Of a stretch of DNA of 32,000 nucleotides, positions 9,644-18,921 are shown one piece after another (the stretch's first letter is position 1; every line of letters begins with the position of its first letter). The notes under the pieces were generated by a model. That model saw only the letters and a program-made list of their open reading frames with translations, was not told the DNA's origin and searched no databases. The DNA lies in NCBI RefSeq assembly GCF_023169545.1, contig NZ_AP019769.1:330001-362000 (forward strand), in the 5' to 3' direction. Source of the stretch: Nanobdella aerobiophila. Lineage in GTDB: Archaea > Nanobdellota > Nanobdellia > Nanobdellales > Nanobdellaceae. The translations under genes and the position numbers were made by a program.

Positions 9644-9982
9644 ATGGTAAAATTTTTAATAGTATTAAAATCTTCAGATCATCTAGATATAAAAACAGGA
9701 TTAAATATTGCAATAAATTTAAAGATTAATGGAGCAGAAGATGTAAAAGTATTATATCTGGGACCAGCAATATCATTTTTAACCAAAAAATTGGAAAATG
9801 AACAATTTAATGAGCAAATAAATAAAATAAAAAATAATAATATAAAATTATATGCCTGTCAAAAATCTATGGAAAATTATGGTATATCAAAAGATAATTT
9901 AATTTATGTAGATGAAGTTAATATAGGCTCAAAATTAATGCTTGATTATTCAGAAAAAGAATATAAGATCTTAATCTTTTAG
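9644..9982 (+). CDS. DsrE/DsrF-like small protein
   Basis: Pattern FLIVLKSSDHLDIKTGLNIA.....VKVLYLGPAISFL.....ACQKSMENYGISKDNLIYVDEVNIGSKLMLDYSEKEYKILIF. Confidence 0.7.
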   Translation: MVKFLIVLKSSDHLDIKTGLNIAINLKINGAEDVKVLYLGPAISFLTKKLENEQFNEQINKIKNNNIKLYACQKSMENYGISKDNLIYVDEVNIGSKLMLDYSEKEYKILIF

Positions 9983-10344
9983 AAATTAATTATATCTAAG
10001 AAGGCTTTATCCATATTATCTAAAATTTTATTATTTATATTATATTCCTCTCCTATCTCAGAAGGTAATTTATATAATAAATAAACTTTATTATTATCTT
10101 CATATATTGATATTCTTAATGGTAATTCATAAGATATCTCTATATTATCCTTCATAAGGAGAGTTCCTGCTTTTGGATTTCCAAAATATATGACAACACA
10201 CCTATTCATGTCTAACTCAACTTTATTTGCATTTTCTTTATGATCTATTCTAAAGAAGATTATGAAACCCCTATCCTTCAATTTATTTTCTAATTTGTTT
10301 ATCGTATCATCAAAGGTATATCTTGATTCTAATTTATGGATCAT
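9979..10344 (-). CDS. DUF302-family protein
   Basis: YTFDDTINKLENKLKDRGFIIFFRIDHKENA...CVVIYFGNPKAGTLLMKDNIEISYELPLRISIYEDNNKVYLLYKLP. Confidence 0.75.
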   Translation of the reverse strand: MIHKLESRYTFDDTINKLENKLKDRGFIIFFRIDHKENANKVELDMNRCVVIYFGNPKAGTLLMKDNIEISYELPLRISIYEDNNKVYLLYKLPSEIGEEYNINNKILDNMDKAFLDIINF

Positions 10345-10418
10345 AAGATTCCTTATTTTCTTATATTTTTTAAATTAATGATAAAGAAATTTATATTATT
10401 TAAAATCGATAGAATAAT

Positions 10419-10997
10419 ATGTTATCGGAAGGATTCGAATTATTAGAAAAAAATGGGATAAAGGTGCCGGAATTTTGGACTAATAATATACCGATACATG
10501 TAAAGTTCCCTGTAGTTATAAAGGCCGATATAAACCATAAAACAGATAAAAATGCTGTAAAATTAAATGTATATGATTATAAAGAACTGGAATTATATTA
10601 TAATAAATTTAAAAAAGAATTTCAAAAAGACGTAATTATTCAAGAACAAATTATTGGCGATTATATAGAAATTATATTGGGTATAAAAAAGGATATAACA
10701 TTTGGAGATATTGTATTAATCGGTCTAGGAGGTATATATACTGAATTATTTAAAGATTTTATTATACTATCATTCCCTTTTGATATAAATATGCTAAAAG
10801 AAAGGCTAAAGGACTTAAAATATTATAGAATATTGGAAGGATACAGAAATAAAAAAGGGATTAATATGGATATACTATATGAAAATATAAATAAACTATA
10901 CTCAATATTTAAAGATAAAAATTTTAATGAACTAGAAGTCAATCCACTACTTATAAATGAAAAAGAGGCTTATGCAGTAGATATACGATTTTTCTAA
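10419..10997 (+). CDS. ATP-grasp protein resembling the ADP-forming acetate/acyl-CoA synthetase beta subunit
   Basis: LLEKNGIKVPEFW...KFPVVIKADINHKTDKNAVKLNV...VIIQEQIIGDYIEIILGIKKDITFGDIVLIGLGGIYTELFKD...NELEVNPLLINEKEAYAVDIRFF. Confidence 0.78.
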   Translation: MLSEGFELLEKNGIKVPEFWTNNIPIHVKFPVVIKADINHKTDKNAVKLNVYDYKELELYYNKFKKEFQKDVIIQEQIIGDYIEIILGIKKDITFGDIVLIGLGGIYTELFKDFIILSFPFDINMLKERLKDLKYYRILEGYRNKKGINMDILYENINKLYSIFKDKNFNELEVNPLLINEKEAYAVDIRFF

Positions 10998-11887
10998 AAA
11001 TTAAAGCCTGTACCGTTATCTAATACTTGTAAGAAATTCTCTAAGAACTTAATCGTATTATCTACCATAGATCTTAAATTATTATATTCTTTTACAACGC
11101 CCAAATCTTCTGTATAATTGTTTGGAGAAAAATCTAGATCTCTATCATATTCTTTTGATGATCTTTCATGCAACATTAATACTATAGTCAATACTAACAA
11201 ATTTCCAAATATATTTAAATTATTTACATTTTTTTCTATTTCTCTCTTTACTAAAGATTTAAACATACCTTGATTTAGTGTATTATTAAATTTAGCTCCT
11301 CCCATCTTATTTAACATATTCATAGCCATATTAATATAACTTTCTAGAATTTCATCTGATAATTGATATTTATTAATATTATCATTTAAACTAAATAATT
11401 TCTTTATATCTTCTGATGATAATCTTACTAAACTTTTTCTATCATTAATATTTTTTAATTTTTTAATAAAATCTTCCAAATTATTTTTATATTTTTCAAA
11501 ATCATCTTTAAATCTTTTTTTATTATCATCATTTAACATTAATTCATACATTCTAGAATTTTGACTAATTAGTTTTTTCATCTTATCAATCATTTTATTT
11601 TTATTTATAAATTCCTCAAATGATTTATACTCTTTTTCTTTCACATCTTTCAATTTCAGTAAAGAAAATAATAAAGACATACTTTTTATAGATAACAATA
11701 GAGCCTGATCTAGATAGTATATCGATAAGGCATAATTTCTCTTATTATACAAATCTTTTGATTCTTCTAGATTTTTCTTAGCATTATCTATTAATTCTTT
11801 ACTATACTCTTTATTTTCTTCTGGAATCTTCTTCATTAATGACTGTGAACCTGTTAATAATTTCGCCATATCAAATATCCCAACCAT
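10994..11887 (-). CDS. Hypothetical helical protein, possibly with a HEPN-like N-terminal helical bundle
   Basis: Intact 297-aa ORF. N-terminal ELIDNAKKNLEESKDLYNKRNYALSIYYLDQALLLSIKSM resembles a HEPN-like helical pattern. Confidence 0.6.
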   Translation of the reverse strand: MVGIFDMAKLLTGSQSLMKKIPEENKEYSKELIDNAKKNLEESKDLYNKRNYALSIYYLDQALLLSIKSMSLLFSLLKLKDVKEKEYKSFEEFINKNKMIDKMKKLISQNSRMYELMLNDDNKKRFKDDFEKYKNNLEDFIKKLKNINDRKSLVRLSSEDIKKLFSLNDNINKYQLSDEILESYINMAMNMLNKMGGAKFNNTLNQGMFKSLVKREIEKNVNNLNIFGNLLVLTIVLMLHERSSKEYDRDLDFSPNNYTEDLGVVKEYNNLRSMVDNTIKFLENFLQVLDNGTGFNF

Positions 11888-11902
11888 TATAATTATTTAT
11901 AA

Positions 11903-13117
11903 CTAAGGTTTAAGAATTTCTAATAATATCTTCGTATCTATAATTAAGTCATTAATATTTATATACTCATTTGGCATATGGGCAGACTCATTATATGTAC
12001 TCCAGACTATTGCATTATATCCCTTTTCTCTTAATATTTTCGCATAGGTACCACCACCTATACCGACTATTCTCGCTTCCTTATTTCTATATTTTTTTAT
12101 TAAATCCTTTATTTTATTTAAAAAATCATTATTATCAATATTATTCAAGATAGATGGATAATCCTTCATAACTATATTCATCTCAACCTTACAATTATAA
12201 TTATTTTCAAATTCTTTTACTACAAATTTTATTGTTTCTAATACCTCATCAATATTATAGTCTGGTAATATTCTACAATCAAAATAAAATGTATAATTTC
12301 CTGGGATTGTATTTATATTATCTATATTTTTTTCAACTTTTGTAGGTTCAAATGTCGATATATCTGGATTAAATATTTTATTTACATTATTATATTTTTG
12401 ATGTAATACTTTATCTAATTCTAATAATAATATAGATCCTAACCTTGTAGAATTTAATCCCAATCCTGGATTACTTGCATGAGCTTGTTTACCAACTATA
12501 TTAAATTTCAACCATAAAATTCCTTTTTCTGCAATCTCTATATTTAAACCATCTGAACTACCTGCATCAGGTACTAATATATAATCTTCTTTCTTAAATA
12601 TGTCTGGATAATTATTTACAATATAATTTAAACCATATCTGCTCCCTGTCTCTTCATCAGATGATAATATAAATCCAAAGTTTATATCTGGAATAATATT
12701 ATTATCTTCCAATATTTTTGCTAATAATATTCCTAAAATTATTGCATTTCCATTATCTTGAACTCCTCTGCCATATAGTATATCTCCTTCTATAGTTACA
12801 TTAAAAGGATCATACTTCCATAAATTAATATCACCTACTGGAACTGTATCTATGTGGGCTATAAGCCAAAAAGTTTTATTTCTATTCTTTCCATATTTAA
12901 TAGCAACAATATTCGGTCTGCTATTCTCTTTTACTCGACTATCTGGTACTTCAATTAATTTTATATCATCAAATAATTCTTTCACAATATCATATAATAA
13001 TCTCGCCCTAGCCCATTCTCCTTCTCCATTATTATCTGGTCCTATTGATTTTATAGGTATAAATTGCTTATATAAATCAATTATATAATTCTTATAATTT
13101 TCAATATTCATAACCAT
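11903..13117 (-). CDS. M20-family metallopeptidase (ArgE/DapE/aminoacylase-like)
   Basis: LIAHIDTVPVGD, LYGRGVQDNGNA, SSDEETGSRYG, VPDAGSSDGLNIEIAEKG, GKQAHASNPGLGLN. Confidence 0.93.
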   Translation of the reverse strand: MVMNIENYKNYIIDLYKQFIPIKSIGPDNNGEGEWARARLLYDIVKELFDDIKLIEVPDSRVKENSRPNIVAIKYGKNRNKTFWLIAHIDTVPVGDINLWKYDPFNVTIEGDILYGRGVQDNGNAIILGILLAKILEDNNIIPDINFGFILSSDEETGSRYGLNYIVNNYPDIFKKEDYILVPDAGSSDGLNIEIAEKGILWLKFNIVGKQAHASNPGLGLNSTRLGSILLLELDKVLHQKYNNVNKIFNPDISTFEPTKVEKNIDNINTIPGNYTFYFDCRILPDYNIDEVLETIKFVVKEFENNYNCKVEMNIVMKDYPSILNNIDNNDFLNKIKDLIKKYRNKEARIVGIGGGTYAKILREKGYNAIVWSTYNESAHMPNEYININDLIIDTKILLEILKP

Positions 13118-13154
13118 ATAAAGACTTTTATATTATTAAATTTTTATTATATTA

Positions 13155-13733
13155 ATGGTTGTTTTAAATGGAGAATCAATAAAAGATTATATAAAGGATT
13201 ATGTTAAAATAAACCAAGCTGGTATAGATGTAAAACCAACCAAAATTTATAGAATACCAATCAAAAAGATTAAATACGCCTTAATAGATGATAATAATAG
13301 ATCTTTTTTCTTTGATCTAGATATTGGATCATATGAAGATCTATTTACAATAAACATAGATGAAAAAAGGAGAAATGAGTTATTAAAAAATTCTATCAAA
13401 AAAATACCTGAAGCATTTACCGAAATAAAACCTAAAAAAGATTATTGGGAAATAAATAAAGGTTATTATTACGCTGTGTTTCCTGAAATAAAGATACCAA
13501 ATGACTGCGTAGCCTTAGCACTACCTAGGAGTACCTTTAATAGGTTCGGAATATTAAAATATGAAAGTGCACTATTTGATCCCGGTTATATAGGAGAGTT
13601 CAGTCAAACTTATTTCTTCCCAATTAAAGCAAAGATAAGTATAAAAGACGCATGGATACAAGTTATATTTATTAAATTGGATAAAGAAACAAAAGAAGGA
13701 TATAGAGGATATTGGTATAATGAAAAATATTGA
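13155..13733 (+). CDS. dCTP deaminase / dUTPase-fold protein
   Basis: VALALPRSTFNRFGILKYESALFDPGYIGEFSQTYFFP matches the dCTP deaminase-like core (R-S-S/T and DPGYxGE). Confidence 0.8.
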   Translation: MVVLNGESIKDYIKDYVKINQAGIDVKPTKIYRIPIKKIKYALIDDNNRSFFFDLDIGSYEDLFTINIDEKRRNELLKNSIKKIPEAFTEIKPKKDYWEINKGYYYAVFPEIKIPNDCVALALPRSTFNRFGILKYESALFDPGYIGEFSQTYFFPIKAKISIKDAWIQVIFIKLDKETKEGYRGYWYNEKY

Positions 13734-14313
13734 AATATTAAATAATATACTTTTAGGAAATATATTTATTATATATTCTTTTTTAATAAGGATCGTAGGA
13801 TATATAATTAGTATAAATAATATATTAATTAATTATATAATATTTTTATTATCTATTATACTATTTATTATAGGATTAAATATATTATATAATAATAAAA
13901 TAAAAAAATTAACTTTAATTTTTCTCATATATATGATATCTTATACAATAATAGATTACAAATTCTATATATCTACCTCAAATTACTTTATCAACCCATA
14001 TATAAATATGTTTATGTATTTATTATATAAGATCTTCTATATTATTTTACTATATTATATTTATTTATTCTATAAAAGAATAGATAAATCTCTTAGAATA
14101 GGTCTATTTAATAATATATTTCTATATATAGCTATTATAAGTAATACAATTAATATATTAAACTTTTATTATATTTATTATCCTTTATTTTATATATTTA
14201 ATAATTCTGTATATATCAGTTTTATATTTTATGTTTATTCTATAATTTTACTATTAATCATAAACAAAAAAATAAATAACACAATAAAATCTATTTCTTC
14301 TGTATCTTATTAA
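13720..14313 (+). CDS. Multi-pass membrane protein, unknown function
   Basis: 197-aa ORF, almost entirely hydrophobic helices. Overlaps the upstream gene by 14 nt. Confidence 0.65.
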   Translation: MKNIEILNNILLGNIFIIYSFLIRIVGYIISINNILINYIIFLLSIILFIIGLNILYNNKIKKLTLIFLIYMISYTIIDYKFYISTSNYFINPYINMFMYLLYKIFYIILLYYIYLFYKRIDKSLRIGLFNNIFLYIAIISNTINILNFYYIYYPLFYIFNNSVYISFIFYVYSIILLLIINKKINNTIKSISSVSY

Positions 14314-15136
14314 ATAAATCAAATATATCGGGTGGTACTACAATTATTTTTTCATTGTTTGAATTCCTTAATATATCTAGAAATCTTAATGCAATGCCAT
14401 ATTTTGCATCTTCTAAAATTTTTGCAGCCTGCATAAAATCTTTTGATGCTTGCAATTCACCCTGTGCTTGTATTACCTTTGCTTGTGCCTCACCTTGTGC
14501 CCTTAATATCTCTGCATCTCTCTGTCTTTCTGCAATTGCTTTTTGGGTTAATGCAGATAGTATTTCCGATGGAATTTCTATATCTTGTATCTTTATATTA
14601 TCTATTATTATACCCCAATCTTTTGTTTCTTCCTGTATTATAGATCTTAATTCTGTAGATATCTCTTCTCTCTTCTGTAATATATCATTTAAATTATATT
14701 TTCCGAATATATCTCTCATATTAGTTTGAGCGTAATTTAATATAGATCTTTGTATATCTCTTATATTCATAATTACTTTTCCTGGATCTATAATCCTATA
14801 AAATATTGTACTTTTTACAGAAACATTTATATTATCGGCAGTCAATAATATTTGTTCTGGTAAATCATAATTTATTAACCTTATATCTACTTTAAAGATT
14901 CTCTGAAAACCTGGTAATACATATATTAGTCCTCCTTTTAATACGCCTGAATAGTAACCTAATGTAAATAAAACTGCTCTTTCATAATTATATACTATTC
15001 TTATTCCCAATAAAGTGTATAATATTATTATTGAAGCTATTATAATTCCAAAAATACCAAAAAATTTAGCTATTAATACAGATATTATTATAAAAATAAA
15101 AAAGATCAGCCATTGCTTTCCATTGCTATATTCCAT
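14291..15136 (-). CDS. SPFH/stomatin-like membrane protein
   Basis: N-terminal TM, RIVYNYERAVLFTLGYYSGVLKGGLIYVLPGFQRIFKVD, AQTNMRDIFGKYNLNDILQKREEISTELRSIIQEETKDWGI, AERQRDAEILRAQGEAQAKVIQAQGE. Confidence 0.95.
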   Translation of the reverse strand: MEYSNGKQWLIFFIFIIISVLIAKFFGIFGIIIASIIILYTLLGIRIVYNYERAVLFTLGYYSGVLKGGLIYVLPGFQRIFKVDIRLINYDLPEQILLTADNINVSVKSTIFYRIIDPGKVIMNIRDIQRSILNYAQTNMRDIFGKYNLNDILQKREEISTELRSIIQEETKDWGIIIDNIKIQDIEIPSEILSALTQKAIAERQRDAEILRAQGEAQAKVIQAQGELQASKDFMQAAKILEDAKYGIALRFLDILRNSNNEKIIVVPPDIFDLFNKIQKK

Positions 15137-15187
15137 AAAGATCTTTTAGTAGATTATATTAATAAAGTTATTATATAAAGTTATTAT

Positions 15188-15451
15188 ATGGAGTCAAAAA
15201 ATAAAGAATCTGAAGAAGATAAAATAGAATTGTTATATGAATCTATAAAACCATATTTAACAAAGGAAGCTATAAGTAGATTATCTAATATAAAAGTAGT
15301 ATATCCGGATAAATTTTCTCAAGTTGTACTGATCATATATCAAAACTTACAAACTGGCAGAATAAATAAGATAGATGAAAATCTATTACTAAAAATATTA
15401 GATCAACTAAGATCTAAAAGAGATACAAAAATTAAGTTTATCCATAAATAA
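15188..15451 (+). CDS. PDCD5-family DNA-binding protein
   Basis: IKPYLTKEAISRLSNIKVVYPDKFSQVVLIIYQNLQTGRINKIDENLLLKILDQLRSKRDTKIKFIHK matches the PDCD5 core and its C-terminal KRDxKI motif. Confidence 0.9.
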   Translation: MESKNKESEEDKIELLYESIKPYLTKEAISRLSNIKVVYPDKFSQVVLIIYQNLQTGRINKIDENLLLKILDQLRSKRDTKIKFIHK

Positions 15452-16573
15452 CTAATTTAGCATCTTTTCTGGCTTAGATATTTTTTCTGGTAAATAGGTA
15501 TCTGCTACGAATTCTAAAGAATTTGCCGCTAGCGCATCTTGTTCTACTTTTATTTTTAAACTTAGCATTTTTTTAAATTGTCTTTGCCAGTCCTTTGATT
15601 TTTTAAACCATGGATAATTTTGTAATTCATTCAATCTCTTTATATCCCATTCTTCTAACCCTACAACTGCCCCTTTCTTTAATAAATTATAATTTTCTAC
15701 ATCATCCATAGTCATACCAATGTACTTTGCATCAGGGGTTGCTAGTAATTCTGAAAACTGAGAAAGATTCATAGATCCTCTTTTTATTACAGAATATATA
15801 TAATAACCTGCAGGATCTCCATCTGTAAATACATATACGGGCATATTCTTTTCATATCTTAATCTATGAACCAACCTTCTTATACCCCTTGGCGGTTGAC
15901 CCTTTCCAGTTATTAAAATTGCTTTATTCTTTTCTGGAAATCTTTCTTCAATCAACCTATCAAACATTGCTTCTTTCTCTACTACTAGAACATAATCTGC
16001 ATTTATATCTCCAATCTCTACATCTTCTATTGTTGATGGCACACTCCACCCACCGCGTCCTAATTTTGCACAATTCCATTCATCATTTCTTTTTCTATCT
16101 TTTAATATAATATCACCATATATTGCACCCCTCCCTTCAGCTTTTATATGGAATTGTTCTCTAATAGCTTTTATAGCCCTTTCTAGATCTTCAATAACTG
16201 CATCTGATTCTTCTTGTTTTTCAAATGTATTTAAATTTAACATCGGTATTGTATGTTTTAACTGGTAATATACCTCTCTAAGGCTTGCAGTTTTATCTCT
16301 CTCTACTAATTTTTTTGCTAATCCTGCAACTAATAAGGTCTGAGTAAATCTCCGAACATGACCAAGATTAAAAAATTCTCTTGTGCCTACCTTTTCTTTT
16401 AGTTTTATTATATCATACTTTTCATCATATTCTATATTTTTAATATTACCCCTTAATGCAAAGGATATTATAGGATTTCCATCATTAAATCCTTTTAGTA
16501 TATTATCACCTAATTCTTTTATTCTATTTATAACTTCTTTAGGAGAAATATTCTCGATAAATTTACCGGTCAT
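15452..16573 (-). CDS. top6A: DNA topoisomerase VI subunit A (Spo11-like)
   Basis: SLREVYYQLKHTIP, EGRGAIYGD, YVLVVEKEAMFDRL, ILITGKGQPPRGIRRLVHRL, PVYVFTDGDPAGYYIYSVIKRGS. Confidence 0.97.
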   Translation of the reverse strand: MTGKFIENISPKEVINRIKELGDNILKGFNDGNPIISFALRGNIKNIEYDEKYDIIKLKEKVGTREFFNLGHVRRFTQTLLVAGLAKKLVERDKTASLREVYYQLKHTIPMLNLNTFEKQEESDAVIEDLERAIKAIREQFHIKAEGRGAIYGDIILKDRKRNDEWNCAKLGRGGWSVPSTIEDVEIGDINADYVLVVEKEAMFDRLIEERFPEKNKAILITGKGQPPRGIRRLVHRLRYEKNMPVYVFTDGDPAGYYIYSVIKRGSMNLSQFSELLATPDAKYIGMTMDDVENYNLLKKGAVVGLEEWDIKRLNELQNYPWFKKSKDWQRQFKKMLSLKIKVEQDALAANSLEFVADTYLPEKISKPEKMLN

Positions 16574-16597
16574 AATATTATATTATAATAAATGTTT

Positions 16598-18340
16598 TTA
16601 AGCCTCAATATTAATTTTCTTTTCTTTTACTTCCCTTATAGCATTTTTTATAATCTCTAATAACTCATCTTCAGTTATTAAATTTATCTTAATTGTATCA
16701 ATAAGCATTTTTTCTATTAACCTCATAGCTTGATCTTCTTTATTCTCTTTCAATAGTATACCTACCTCTCTAACTGATTTAATTATCTCATATATATCTT
16801 TTATCAATTCTTTTTTAATCCTATCTTTTATTAAATACTCGACCTTTTTTTCATCTACATTCAATATTTCATTTAAACTCCTTGATATTTCTATACCATA
16901 TCCATATAGATCTTTATATTTATCACCTATATTTTCTAATGTTTTCTTCTTTTTTACATATATAGATAGTTCTCTTAAAGCATTTTTTACAGCAAGATTT
17001 ATTTCTTTAACTATCTCATCATATGGCTCTATCGCTTCTTTCGATTCTGATGTAAATGGTAACCAAACAGAAGCTACATGCACAACAATCGACACTGGAT
17101 CCTTGGGAAATTCAGATCCATCCATATTAAAACCATAATGCTTCCAACTAATATCCTTTAATGCAATTGTAATCGCATCTTCTCCCGCTTTGTATAATAA
17201 AGGAACTCGATTTGCAAATCTATAATATTGAAATTCAGTTAATCCACCCCCATAAGCTACACCAACTTCTACGATAAATGGTATACCTCTATATAATCCA
17301 GGTTTCCTAGATATAGCAGACATATACTCTGGTTTAAACATATTTTCCATACTTTTTAATATTAGATCTCTTCCAATAATAGTAATATACTTTGAAGGCA
17401 TTGCTCTCAGCTTTGCTTCTTGTAATACTTTATATAATCTAGAAATTTCATCATCTGTTAGTTTTTTTGGATCCATTTCTATATCTAAATTTGCTTTTCT
17501 AATTATTTTTTCTGCAGTTTCTCTACTTATTGAAGAAAAACTTTTCGATAAAAAATCAATCAATGTCTTCTTCTTAGTTTCTTTACATAATCTATCAAAG
17601 TATCCTATTTCAATACCATGTGGATGTGGTTTAGCTTCTTTTAATTCTGGTATATAATTTGTTATCCTCTTAAATGAATATTCTTCACCTTCTGGAGTCC
17701 TATATTTTATATTTGCATGAGGATTTACCAGCGCAGTTAATTTTACATACTCGTCTACAGATTGCCTTCCTTTATTATATTGACCAATTAGAGTAGCCTT
17801 TATCATAGTTCCATGCTCCTTTTTTATATCTACTTCAGATTTATCTATAACTATAGGCGTATTTGTTTTTATATCTATTTTTATTTTGTATTTTATAGCT
17901 TTTTCTTTACCAGCTATTTTTGTTATAACTTCTACAGGCTCTCTAGTAGTTAATTGAGAGTATAAAGTAACAGCAGATGCACCAATACCCTGCTTACCTC
18001 TGGTAGCCAAAAATCTATGAAATTTAGAACCAAATAAAAAACTACCATATATCTCCGGAACCTTATTGTATGGTATACCAGGACCATTATCTTCAACTAA
18101 TACAGTATAAACATCCTCATTTATATTTTCTATTTTTATATTAATATCTGGCAGTATTTTGTATTCTTCGCAAGCATCTAGAGCATTATCTACATATTCT
18201 TTTACAGATATTAGTAGTGCCCTTCTAGGATTATCAAAACCAAGGAGGTGACGATTTCTCTCAAAAAATTCAGCAATAGATACTCTCTTAAAATTTTTAA
18301 ATAATTCTATTTCTTCTGATAATACTTTATTTTCCTTCAT
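16598..18340 (-). CDS. top6B: DNA topoisomerase VI subunit B
   Basis: GHKL motifs VKEYVDNALDACEE, VEDNGPGIP, TRGKQGIGASAVTLYSQLT, plus GMTVSIHVAS-equivalent segment SIVVHVASVWLPFTSESKEA. Confidence 0.97.
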   Translation of the reverse strand: MKENKVLSEEIELFKNFKRVSIAEFFERNRHLLGFDNPRRALLISVKEYVDNALDACEEYKILPDINIKIENINEDVYTVLVEDNGPGIPYNKVPEIYGSFLFGSKFHRFLATRGKQGIGASAVTLYSQLTTREPVEVITKIAGKEKAIKYKIKIDIKTNTPIVIDKSEVDIKKEHGTMIKATLIGQYNKGRQSVDEYVKLTALVNPHANIKYRTPEGEEYSFKRITNYIPELKEAKPHPHGIEIGYFDRLCKETKKKTLIDFLSKSFSSISRETAEKIIRKANLDIEMDPKKLTDDEISRLYKVLQEAKLRAMPSKYITIIGRDLILKSMENMFKPEYMSAISRKPGLYRGIPFIVEVGVAYGGGLTEFQYYRFANRVPLLYKAGEDAITIALKDISWKHYGFNMDGSEFPKDPVSIVVHVASVWLPFTSESKEAIEPYDEIVKEINLAVKNALRELSIYVKKKKTLENIGDKYKDLYGYGIEISRSLNEILNVDEKKVEYLIKDRIKKELIKDIYEIIKSVREVGILLKENKEDQAMRLIEKMLIDTIKINLITEDELLEIIKNAIREVKEKKINIEA

Positions 18341-18372
18341 ATTTAAATATTGTAATATATATTTTAAAATAT

Positions 18373-18897
18373 TTATTGTTTCGTATACTTATATATTTCA
18401 ATTTCCTTATTTTTTAGATTTTTCACATATTTATTTAAAAATTCATATACATGATCATGTTTTTGTCCATTTACCAATCTTTTTATAGCTTCATAAGCCG
18501 CCTGTATTGATATACTATCACCTAATAAATATATATATCTATCATCTATTATAATATTTGATGCAGTTTTATTCATAATCTCTCTAATTGCTTTACCATC
18601 TTCACCAATTATTCTTCCTTCTATTCTAATGATGTGATTTTCCTTTTTCTCAAATACTTGTTTTAGATCAATATATAAAATGTCCCAATTATTATATAAT
18701 ATATTTGATGACAATTCAATATTAAAACCTGCTTCTATTGACTTAATAAATTTATCAAATCTATATCCAAAATAAAAATCTTCTAAGAATACTTTCATTT
18801 TATTTTTATCAATATGATATTTTATACCTTTATTTTCTAGAAATTCTTTCAATTTATTCTTATTAATATTACCAAGTTCAAATTCATATATATACAT
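18373..18897 (-). CDS. KH-domain RNA-binding protein (Pno1/Dim2-like, archaeal)
   Basis: RIEGRIIGEDGKAIREIMNKTASNIIIDDRYIYLLGDSISIQAAYEAIKRLVNGQKHDHVYEFL. Confidence 0.9.
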   Translation of the reverse strand: MYIYEFELGNINKNKLKEFLENKGIKYHIDKNKMKVFLEDFYFGYRFDKFIKSIEAGFNIELSSNILYNNWDILYIDLKQVFEKKENHIIRIEGRIIGEDGKAIREIMNKTASNIIIDDRYIYLLGDSISIQAAYEAIKRLVNGQKHDHVYEFLNKYVKNLKNKEIEIYKYTKQ

Positions 18898-18921
18898 AAA
18901 GAAATTATGTCTGAAAAATTT

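Noticed and set aside
10994-11887. HEPN toxin-antitoxin system
   Set aside because: No MNT/antitoxin partner and no clear RxxxxH motif. Neighbours are an ATP-grasp protein and a peptidase.
11971-13088. Plus-strand ORFs 11971..12153 and 12852..13088
   Set aside because: Antisense to the M20 peptidase, which has clear catalytic motifs.
14355-14729. Plus-strand ORFs of 124 and 66 aa
   Set aside because: Antisense shadow of the stomatin coiled-coil region. The repeated Ala/Cys pattern derives from its AEAQAK codons.
15889-16601. ORFs 15889..16110 and 16383..16601
   Set aside because: Antisense to top6A.
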